Below, in pieces: positions 1-7,380 of a stretch of 10,560 bases of DNA. Where the stretch lies: NCBI GenBank assembly GCA_016839945.1, contig JAEOTE010000083.1, forward strand, positions 1 through 10,560, in the 5' to 3' direction. The translations under genes and the position numbers were made by a program. The notes beneath the pieces were generated by a model that was given only the letters and a program-made list of their open reading frames with translations, did not search any database and was not told the origin of the DNA. Position 1 is the stretch's first letter; each line of letters begins with the position of its first letter. The stretch comes from Candidatus Heimdallarchaeota archaeon. GTDB lineage: Archaea > Asgardarchaeota > Heimdallarchaeia > Heimdallarchaeales > Heimdallarchaeaceae.

Positions 1-363
1 CATAAATACATCTGCAATTGTTGTACTTGTTGTTGTGGAATACTTCGTGCTGTTACTGAATGGGACAAACCCAGAGCTATGGTTAAATCAGATTATGAAA
101 TCTTAGTGGATGAAGAATCATGCATGGGTTGTGGGAAATGCATTGATCGTTGTCAATTCAGTGCACTGGAAATAATGGATGGAAGATGTATTGTTAATGA
201 CAAATGTATTGGGTGCGGAGTTTGTGCACTTGTTTGCCCTGAGGAAGCATTAAGTTTGATTCATAGAGATTCTTCAGAGATAGAAGAACCTCCAAAGAAT
301 TTTCTCAAATGGATGTTGAAAAGAGCATTTACTAGAAGAGTTAACATATTTAAATTAATGTGA
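1..363 (+). CDS. 4Fe-4S dicluster (ferredoxin-type) domain protein, 5'-truncated by the window edge
   Basis: Frame 1 is open from base 1 (HKYICNCCTCCCGILRAVTEWDKPRA) into the listed ORF, so ATG79 is probably internal. It contains CNCCxCCC followed by two ferredoxin motifs, CMGCGKCIDRC and CIGCGVCALVCP. Stop TGA at 361-363. Confidence 0.88.
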   Translation, partial: HKYICNCCTCCCGILRAVTEWDKPRAMVKSDYEILVDEESCMGCGKCIDRCQFSALEIMDGRCIVNDKCIGCGVCALVCPEEALSLIHRDSSEIEEPPKNFLKWMLKRAFTRRVNIFKLM

Positions 364-497
364 GTAGTTATATTCAATTACTAGAAAAAAAGATATGTAA
401 AACCCCCTGTTTTTTGTTTTGGAAGTAGCATCATATATAAACTTTGGAATAAGATTTTTATTGTTCTAATTGCTATTTCTATTTTGGTAAACAAATA

Positions 498-502
498 GGT
501 GA
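498..502 (+). promoter_or_regulatory. Shine-Dalgarno-like site GGTGA
   Basis: GGTGA 5 nt before ATG508. The same motif precedes ATG10350. Confidence 0.55.
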
Positions 503-507
503 ATAAA

Positions 508-2343
508 ATGAAAATACAAACTAAAACTGTCATTTTATTATTTCTTATGATTTCTACACTACTATTTCTTACATCAACTGGTGTTTTAGAAACAAGTGGT
601 CAAAATCCAGAACCTGTTATCTATATTACTTTTCTAACACCCCAAACAAATCCAGAACGTATGCAATGGGCAGATTTAATTGAACAAGAAATTGCTAAAA
701 TAGGTATAAATGTCTCCTATGAAGAACTAGCTTGGTGGTCTGACATTGCTCCCCGAACCTGGGATTATCCGTATATTTACTATGATTATATCCCAACTTA
801 TAATGAAGGGGGATTTGATGTACTTTTTATTGGTTGGCCTTGGGAGTTAGACTGGGATCCAACTGGATGGTATGAAACTTCAAGTAGACCTCCTCATGGT
901 GAAAACTATTATCAATATTTTAATACAACATATAATGAGCTATATAATAATTATAAAAATGAATTTAATTACACAATAAGAACACCTTACGCTCATCAAA
1001 TGCAAGCAATATTACATGAAGATTTACCAGCAATTGGTATACTTTATTCTGGAGCACTTTATGGTTTTAGAAATTCCCTTAGTGGAATTGACGATATTCT
1101 ATTATATAATGTTGAACACCGTACAGAAGCTTGGGATGATTCTGATGATCATAAAATAAACATAGGAATCCCATTTAATCTTCAAGGATTTCACACCTTT
1201 CAGGCTGACAATTACATTGATTTGACATGGATGCGACCAGTTTATGGAGGATTATTCCAAAGAGGACAAACTCATCACAAATGGGAACCTGTGATTGCGA
1301 AAAACTATACAATTACTCCAATGGCTTATCATGGAGAAATAAACATAACTGTTTTTCTTGATCCTAATGCTAAATTCAGTGATGGTAATTATGTTCTTCC
1401 AGAAGATGTGATGTATACATATGAACTCCACATGGATACATTTGTAGCTTCAAATTATCGTGAACCAATAACAGATTGGCTTGGAACTACTGGTAATATG
1501 CATATCAAAAACAATGTTCCTGGTGGACAAATTAATTTTATAGTGGAAAACACAACTCAATATCCATTAAGTTTTCTAAGATTTGGAATAATTGATAAAA
1601 GTGAAGTGGAACCGTTAGTTTTAACTCAGGGATATAGTGTTTTTGGAGATTCCCCTGGAACTGGAAATGCTGGTTGGTCACTTGTCAAATCTTGTGGTCC
1701 TTTCAAGGTTTATGATGGTGGTACTCCTTCTGATGGTTATGATTATGTTTCCAGCATTGTCAATTTGGTTCCAAATGCTTTTTGGAATAATAACACTGTT
1801 TCAGGTGGTCAGCAACCATTTCTTACTAATCTTAATATCACATTCATAGGAAATCCAAGTACTGCTTTTGCTGAATTGCTTCTTGGAAACATTGATATTA
1901 TGGATTATGCATACGATTTAGATCCAGTAATCTTTGAAGGTCATGCAGATATTGCAGGAGTTGTAACAAAAACACCTGTGCATCAAGAGCTTTCAATCAA
2001 TATGAAACATCCAATCCTTGGAACAGGGGAATTAACACCTCTAGGTACTGCAGAAGCAGCTAAGAAAATAAGACAAGCTATAAGTCATGCAATTCCTAGA
2101 CAAACAATAATTGATGATATACTTAATGGAACTGCCTTTCCTGGAATTATATCTGTACCAGATTGTGTTATAGAGTTTAATGATGCTCTTCAGCCTTATT
2201 CATATGATATCTCTCTAGCCCTACATTTGATGGAACAAGCAGGATATATACATGTAATCTCAGAATACAACGAATTCAGTATAATTCTCATTGTGGTTTT
2301 TGGAGTTGTTTCAATATATTCTATAAGAAGAATCAAGAAATAA
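508..2343 (+). CDS. ABC transporter substrate-binding protein, family 5 (OppA/DppA-like), N-terminal signal sequence and C-terminal membrane anchor; apparently circularly permuted
   Basis: Family-5 motifs: VYGGL...EPVIAKNY...AKFSDG...PEDVMYTY; SCGPF; KIRQAISHAIPRQ; YSYDISLALHLMEQAG; LIEQEIAKIGINV; FDVLFIGW; QAILHEDLP. Hydrophobic N-terminus and C-terminal TM segment plus RRIKK. ATG508 is preferred over GTG499 because GGTGA (498-502) lies 5 nt upstream of it. Confidence 0.88.
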   Translation: MKIQTKTVILLFLMISTLLFLTSTGVLETSGQNPEPVIYITFLTPQTNPERMQWADLIEQEIAKIGINVSYEELAWWSDIAPRTWDYPYIYYDYIPTYNEGGFDVLFIGWPWELDWDPTGWYETSSRPPHGENYYQYFNTTYNELYNNYKNEFNYTIRTPYAHQMQAILHEDLPAIGILYSGALYGFRNSLSGIDDILLYNVEHRTEAWDDSDDHKINIGIPFNLQGFHTFQADNYIDLTWMRPVYGGLFQRGQTHHKWEPVIAKNYTITPMAYHGEINITVFLDPNAKFSDGNYVLPEDVMYTYELHMDTFVASNYREPITDWLGTTGNMHIKNNVPGGQINFIVENTTQYPLSFLRFGIIDKSEVEPLVLTQGYSVFGDSPGTGNAGWSLVKSCGPFKVYDGGTPSDGYDYVSSIVNLVPNAFWNNNTVSGGQQPFLTNLNITFIGNPSTAFAELLLGNIDIMDYAYDLDPVIFEGHADIAGVVTKTPVHQELSINMKHPILGTGELTPLGTAEAAKKIRQAISHAIPRQTIIDDILNGTAFPGIISVPDCVIEFNDALQPYSYDISLALHLMEQAGYIHVISEYNEFSIILIVVFGVVSIYSIRRIKK

Positions 2344-2365
2344 TTTTCTTTCTTTTCCTTTTTTT
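2344..2365 (+). terminator. Archaeal-type oligo-T terminator
   Basis: Pyrimidine/T-run (ttttctttcttttccttttttt) directly after stop 2343, in the 38-nt gap between convergent genes. Confidence 0.5.
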
Positions 2366-2381
2366 ACAATCTAAGCTCCGA

Positions 2382-3755
2382 TTATTTAAAAGGCCATTTC
2401 TCAAGCAGCTTCAGATTTTCTTCCAATTTTGCATCTTTGAGAATTTTGATTACTTCTGATTCCATAAGCTTTCTTGGTATCTCTTTCATACTACTTATTT
2501 TTTCTATTAAAACTAAAGCATAAGCTAGTGATAATTTAGCATCAACTTTGCTTATTTTGTCAAAAGTATCTGCAGTTGTGTGCCCCCAACCTCTTCCTAC
2601 TCTGGGATCTGGTTTCTCACCATAGACACACATATTAGGAATTCCTTTGCACATGAAAGGATAATTATCACTTGCAGTGATAATATCTTTTGCAATTATT
2701 GGTTCATATAACAACTCATCTTTAATCGCTTTGATAGAGTTGAAAAGATCTTCATATCCACTACATGTAATTTTTTTTGGAATATGCCCAACTAATCCAT
2801 CAAAATTGATCATTGCTACAACGTTGGAAAGGTCGACTTTATTTGCATAAATAGTAGATCCAACTACACCAAATTCTTCAACAGCAAATGCAATAAAACG
2901 AAGCGTTCTATAGGGTTTGACATTGAATTCCTTAAACAATCTAGTTAATTCTAAGATTACAGCAATTGATGCTGCATTATCTGTAGCACCTTGAGCTATA
3001 TCATGTCCATCATAATGGCCACCAATAACTATAACTTCATCTTCAATTTCTCCTGGTATATCCCAAATAATATGCTTTGATGTTGTTATTTCGGATTTAT
3101 TATTCACATTTATTCTACAATCCAATTCTTTCTTTCGTGATAATTTCTCTTTGATATACTCATATGATTCTTTTGAAATTCCTATTGCTGGTATCTCACC
3201 TATTCTGTTTGACCTTACAGACCCAGTTGGAAAAAGTTGTCCTGGGTTATGATTTGCAAAAACAAAAGCTGAAGCACCAAAATCATAAGCATTTGCGTAC
3301 TTTATTCTTCTGTGAAGCCAACCTTCCTCTGTATCTCCTGAATGAACCATTACAATGTTCCCTGGAATCTCATTCTTTATTCTATTAAGTTCTGTTTCTG
3401 ATCCACCATTTCCATTAATTATAGACCCACTTAACCCTTCGAATGATGTTGAAGGAGCTAAAACAAGTGAAATAGCTGGAAATTCTTGTTTTTCATTATC
3501 AATAATGAGAAATTTACATGCTCCTCTTTCCCATCCTTGATATTCAAATTCATATTCATCAAACTCTACACCTAGATTTGAGAGAAAACTAGTCATGTAT
3601 TCCTGAGCTTCTTTTTCACTTTCAGAGCCAGAAAAACGACTTCCTAATAAACAAAGATCTTTAATTCTGTCAATAATGGAATTTTCAGAAAAAATTCTTC
3701 CTAGAATTTTCTCTGTTTCTAATGATAAACTACCCATAATAAGAAGAAATCTCAA
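2382..3755 (-). CDS. M28 family Zn-metallopeptidase (aminopeptidase) with PA domain, probably cytoplasmic
   Basis: Metal/catalytic motifs GGHYDGH, GATDNAAS, AVEEFG, NFDG, SDNYPF, WGHTTADTFDK; PA-domain-like segment KYANAYDFGASAFVFAN...IPAIGIS. No clear signal peptide. Start is uncertain: TTG3755 or ATG3737. Confidence 0.9.
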   Translation of the reverse strand: MRFLLIMGSLSLETEKILGRIFSENSIIDRIKDLCLLGSRFSGSESEKEAQEYMTSFLSNLGVEFDEYEFEYQGWERGACKFLIIDNEKQEFPAISLVLAPSTSFEGLSGSIINGNGGSETELNRIKNEIPGNIVMVHSGDTEEGWLHRRIKYANAYDFGASAFVFANHNPGQLFPTGSVRSNRIGEIPAIGISKESYEYIKEKLSRKKELDCRINVNNKSEITTSKHIIWDIPGEIEDEVIVIGGHYDGHDIAQGATDNAASIAVILELTRLFKEFNVKPYRTLRFIAFAVEEFGVVGSTIYANKVDLSNVVAMINFDGLVGHIPKKITCSGYEDLFNSIKAIKDELLYEPIIAKDIITASDNYPFMCKGIPNMCVYGEKPDPRVGRGWGHTTADTFDKISKVDAKLSLAYALVLIEKISSMKEIPRKLMESEVIKILKDAKLEENLKLLEKWPFK

Positions 3756-3762
3756 GATAATT

Positions 3763-4029
3763 TTAATTTTGTCCCATGGTCATGAAAAACTGTAATTGCT
3801 CTCTTATGAACGCTTCATCTGCTCCACCAATGATTCTTTGATTGTTAGGTAAAATAATTGTAGGGATAGCAACAATGTCAAATTCCTCTGCTTTACTAAC
3901 ATCATCAGCAATATTGATTACTTCTAATTCCAAGTGACTAGCTTCTGAAATAATGTGCTTTAATACTCCTTCGATGTATGGACACCAGCTACATGTTGGT
4001 GAAGTAAAGAACATTATTTTTAATTCCAT
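3763..4029 (-). CDS. Small thioredoxin-fold protein (archaeal thioredoxin/glutaredoxin-like) with CxxC and KaiB-like C-terminal half
   Basis: FTSPTCSWCP dithiol motif, IVAIPT cis-Pro motif, RIIG; 88 aa; starts 9 nt after the stop of the KaiC-like gene. Confidence 0.88.
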   Translation of the reverse strand: MELKIMFFTSPTCSWCPYIEGVLKHIISEASHLELEVINIADDVSKAEEFDIVAIPTIILPNNQRIIGGADEAFIREQLQFFMTMGQN

Positions 4030-4038
4030 TTTATCTAC

Positions 4039-5451
4039 CTATCCAATAATATCAATTAGTGGTAACTTATCATTGAATTTCACAATCTTTGGTAAGAATG
4101 TAGCTCCAGTTGAACTTTTTACACATTCAATGTAATGATTATAATCTACTCTTGAAAATCTGATTATAATATCAGCTGTTGTTCTTAATCTTGCAAGAAT
4201 TTCTCTACTTATTGCATTGAAATTAAGGAAGGAATATGCAATTGAACCTCTTTCTTTGACATTGAATGATTGTAATGCAAAGTATCTTAAGAAATCTGAT
4301 TCAGTTAAAATATTAGCATCATCAGTTAAATCTCCATACAACACAACACTTTGTTTTCCTTTTCTAAAAGCTTCCATCAGTTCTACTGTAACAGAAATCA
4401 TATCATCTGTAGTCATCAGTTGACTCATTTCTCTAGCTTCTACAGCTGTAACTGAGCGATTATACTTATCGATGAAGACTACATTTCCTTCATTAAGGTG
4501 AGGTAGAATATCTTTCTCAGCTCTCTTGAATTCTTCAACTATACGTGCAGAATGCATATGTACATTGGAATGAATGATTACACCTTTTCCTTCCTCTAAA
4601 TGATGATTCAATGTTGTCAAGAAGAGAGGAAAATAATTTGTCTCACCATCTATCTCAATAAGCACTACGCTTCCTTTTGGAATACCTCCTCCCAATAATT
4701 CATCAAGTCTTAAGATTCCTGTAGTTTCTTCTCTAATTAGCGAAATTGGAGGTTGTTCAGACCTGAAGATTGTTATTCCTTCTTTGCTTATAATAAATCT
4801 ATTTTCAAAATGAGTAGGTTGAGCTGAACGTAATTTCGGCACTGATATTCGTTTAATTAACTGATTATTTTTCAATTCTGATCTTATTTTGATTACACCA
4901 TCAACAAGAAATTCCTCCAATGTTGCATATTCTTCAGTAACTTGAGATTCAGCTGTAAGGATTAAAGTACAACCTTCATTGGTTATCTCTCTAATGAAGT
5001 CAATAAAGCTGCTTCTTGCTGTTTTCTCATATTGGAATTCGGCAAAGAAAGCTGAAATAGAATCAAAAACAACAAGTTTAGCACCAATATCCTGTATTTT
5101 CTTCTTTACTCTAGCAATAATACCAGATAAATCAAATTTATCTGTCTGAACTAAACTTGTTCCAGCAGGTTTGAGTGACATTTTCTCAACAAGTAGAGTT
5201 TTATCTATATATGGTTTGAAATTCATTCCAAAGGACTCTACATAATCCACTAGTTTATCTGGATCAACTTCTGTTGATATAAACAAAACTGGGATTTCTT
5301 GTTTTAAAGCACCCATAGTTATAAAGAGTGAAAGAACTGTTTTTCCTGCTCCTGCTGTGCCTTTAATTGCATAACAAAAACCAGGACGTAATCCACCATC
5401 AATCATATTATCTAATTCTTCAATTCCAGTGGAAATAGTCATATTCCTCAT
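4039..5451 (-). CDS. KaiC/RAD55-family double-domain RecA-fold ATPase; second domain degenerate
   Basis: ISTGIEELDNMIDGGL, Walker A GTAGAGKT (aa31-38), ISTE, Walker B VVFDSIS, EEFLVDGVI, KLRS. A second repeat starts TTGILRLDELLGGGIPKGSVVLI (aa243-265) but has no GKT. Confidence 0.9.
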   Translation of the reverse strand: MRNMTISTGIEELDNMIDGGLRPGFCYAIKGTAGAGKTVLSLFITMGALKQEIPVLFISTEVDPDKLVDYVESFGMNFKPYIDKTLLVEKMSLKPAGTSLVQTDKFDLSGIIARVKKKIQDIGAKLVVFDSISAFFAEFQYEKTARSSFIDFIREITNEGCTLILTAESQVTEEYATLEEFLVDGVIKIRSELKNNQLIKRISVPKLRSAQPTHFENRFIISKEGITIFRSEQPPISLIREETTGILRLDELLGGGIPKGSVVLIEIDGETNYFPLFLTTLNHHLEEGKGVIIHSNVHMHSARIVEEFKRAEKDILPHLNEGNVVFIDKYNRSVTAVEAREMSQLMTTDDMISVTVELMEAFRKGKQSVVLYGDLTDDANILTESDFLRYFALQSFNVKERGSIAYSFLNFNAISREILARLRTTADIIIRFSRVDYNHYIECVKSSTGATFLPKIVKFNDKLPLIDIIG

Positions 5452-5542
5452 TAAGTAATACTAATTTCTTGTATAAAATTATATCTTAAGTATCAAACCA
5501 AAAACTGAATCTATTTATATCATAGTTATCGTTTTAAATTCA
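5452..5542. promoter_or_regulatory. Divergent promoter region (kaiC-like / endA) with TATA-like boxes
   Basis: 91-nt AT-rich gap. TTTATA on + at 5514-5519 is about 23 nt before ATG5543; TTTATA on - at 5477-5472 is 20-29 nt before ATG5451/ATG5442. The spacing fits short-leader or leaderless archaeal transcripts, but the AT-rich background makes this weak. Confidence 0.45.
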
Positions 5543-6094
5543 ATGGCTCCAAAATACACAGCACAACTTGTTGGTACAAGAATAATAGTGTGGGATATAG
5601 ATCAGAGTATGGAGCTATATTCTTCTGGTTTTTTTGGAAAACCAATAGGAGTTAGAAAACCTCAACTAGGGGATCAATTCAGAGATCCTTCAGAACTTTC
5701 TTATTTTGAAGCTGTTTATCTATTTGAAAATAAGAAACTAAGAATATTAGATGAAGATGGAAAAAAAATATCGAAAAAAGCTTTTCTTGAGAGATGTCAT
5801 GAACAGTATATGAATTTTGATAATAAAATGGGCGTATATAAATTCTTGAGAAACCTTGGGTATATAGTTAGACCTGGTTTGAAATTTGGTGTAGATTTTG
5901 CTGTGTATATTAAAGGTCCTGGACTTGAGCATTCACCATACATGGTTCAAATCATAGAAAAAGAAGGAAAGATTGACCCTATTGAATTAGTTAGGGCAGG
6001 AAGGTTAGCAACAACAGTTAAGAAAAATTTTGTTATAGCTTCTAAGATTAAGAACAAATTACATTTCTTTGTTTTTAACAGATACAAACCTTGA
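5543..6094 (+). CDS. endA: tRNA-intron (splicing) endonuclease, catalytic subunit
   Basis: LSYFEAVYL; YKFLRNLGYIVRPGLKFGVDFAVY...GPGLEHS; RLATTVKK. Putative catalytic triad Y122/H130/K161. Confidence 0.95.
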   Translation: MAPKYTAQLVGTRIIVWDIDQSMELYSSGFFGKPIGVRKPQLGDQFRDPSELSYFEAVYLFENKKLRILDEDGKKISKKAFLERCHEQYMNFDNKMGVYKFLRNLGYIVRPGLKFGVDFAVYIKGPGLEHSPYMVQIIEKEGKIDPIELVRAGRLATTVKKNFVIASKIKNKLHFFVFNRYKP

Positions 6095-6098
6095 TCAC

Positions 6099-6137
6099 TT
6101 TTTGGAGTTTTTTCTAGACGCTGTTTTGTCTTGTTTA
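6099..6137 (+). terminator. Possible oligo-T terminator after endA
   Basis: Several T-runs just after stop 6094. Confidence 0.3.
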
Positions 6138-6192
6138 CTTGGAGATTACCACAAAATTAAATAAAAGATATGCAATCCTTTATCTGTCATAA

Positions 6193-7380
6193 ATGAGTTC
6201 TCAAATGAGTTGGCAAGTTGATGTCTTAGAATTCGCACAGAAGTGTGTATACTGTGGTTATTGTTCAGTTTGTCCAACATACAAAGAGCTCAAATGGGAA
6301 AACTACCATCCAAGAGGTATTATAGACCAAATAAAACTCTATTTTACGGAGGGAACAAAAGATGATTTGCAGAAAGATGTATCCAAATCTCTTTTTGAAG
6401 CTATTTTCGCTTGTACTATGTGTAAAGCTTGTGAAAATATCTGTATAGTTGACTTACCTCTTTTGAAAATTTGGGAACAAGTCCGACAAGAAGCATTTAA
6501 ACGAGGAAGATGGAACCCTCAACTACTTTCTCTGTATAATAAAGCCAAAGATACTCACAATATTTATGGTCTCCCTGCTGAAGAAAGGCTTTCTTGGGCT
6601 GGTATGGTAGGAATGAATTTGGCTAGAAGAACACTAAAAAAAGCTCCTCTTGCTTACTTTGTAGGGTGTCAAGCTTCTTATTCAGGTAAAATGATAGATA
6701 TTCCTGCAAGTGTTGTTACAATCTTAAGAAAATCGAAAGTTCCTTTTACAGTATTAGGAAATGAAGAGTGGTGTTGTGGTTCTCCTATATTCTTAGCAGG
6801 TGGTTATTCTGTTGGAAAAACTTTTGCTAAACACAATCTTGAACAATTAAAGAAACTAGGAGTAAAAAGAATAGTTACAGCTTGTTCTGGATGTTACAGA
6901 GCATTCAAGGTTGTTTATCCACGAATTTTGGGAGAGAAGTGGGACATAGAGGTTCTCCATATAACAGAACTTACAAAAGAATTATTAGAAAACAAGAAAT
7001 TAAAGATAAAAAACAAAATAAGTGAAAAAATTACTTTCAAAGATCCTTGTGAATTAGTTAGACATTGTGGTTTAAGTGAGCCCTTAAGAGATGTGATAGA
7101 AAAAATTCCAAATGTAAGATTTGAAGAATTACCATCTAACCGAGATGATGCTTTGTGTTGTGGAGGAGGAGGGTTACTGAAACTCAATAACGCAGAACTA
7201 GTTAAGGAAGTTAATGATAGACTTATGACTGAAATAGAATTCACAGAAGCAGATATCGTTACAAATGGTTGTCCTACTTGCCTTGATACTATTCAATATG
7301 GTGCAAAACAACGGGGATTAGAGATTGAAGTAATAGATGTCTCTGAGCTTATAAAAAGACTTGTGGAGGATAAAAAATGA
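6193..7380 (+). CDS. Fe-S oxidoreductase, GlcF/GlpC/HdrD family (two 4Fe-4S motifs plus two CCG domains)
   Basis: CVYCGYCSVCP and CTMCKACENIC; CCG-domain motifs YFVGC, EWCCG, TACSGC, DPC, LCCGGGG, NGCPTC. Confidence 0.9.
   Translation: MSSQMSWQVDVLEFAQKCVYCGYCSVCPTYKELKWENYHPRGIIDQIKLYFTEGTKDDLQKDVSKSLFEAIFACTMCKACENICIVDLPLLKIWEQVRQEAFKRGRWNPQLLSLYNKAKDTHNIYGLPAEERLSWAGMVGMNLARRTLKKAPLAYFVGCQASYSGKMIDIPASVVTILRKSKVPFTVLGNEEWCCGSPIFLAGGYSVGKTFAKHNLEQLKKLGVKRIVTACSGCYRAFKVVYPRILGEKWDIEVLHITELTKELLENKKLKIKNKISEKITFKDPCELVRHCGLSEPLRDVIEKIPNVRFEELPSNRDDALCCGGGGLLKLNNAELVKEVNDRLMTEIEFTEADIVTNGCPTCLDTIQYGAKQRGLEIEVIDVSELIKRLVEDKK

Noticed and set aside
18-37. (TGT)n-like microsatellite
   Set aside because: Explained by consecutive Cys codons.
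1637-1849. 70-aa alternative-frame ORF inside the SBP gene
   Set aside because: Fully nested in a well-supported gene, with no recognisable motif.
3164-3540. Two short + strand ORFs (3164-3388, 3355-3540)
   Set aside because: Antisense shadows of the M28 peptidase.
3953-4423. Short + strand ORFs (3953-4135, 4217-4423)
   Set aside because: Antisense to the thioredoxin-like and KaiC-like genes; no motifs.
4039-5451. Calling the ATPase a true circadian kaiC, or RadA/RadB
   Set aside because: CII Walker A and the S-T phosphosite pair are not intact and no kaiA is seen; the tandem architecture and motifs do not fit RadA/RadB. Gene symbol withheld.
5747-5932. 61-aa minus-strand ORF
   Set aside because: Antisense shadow of endA.
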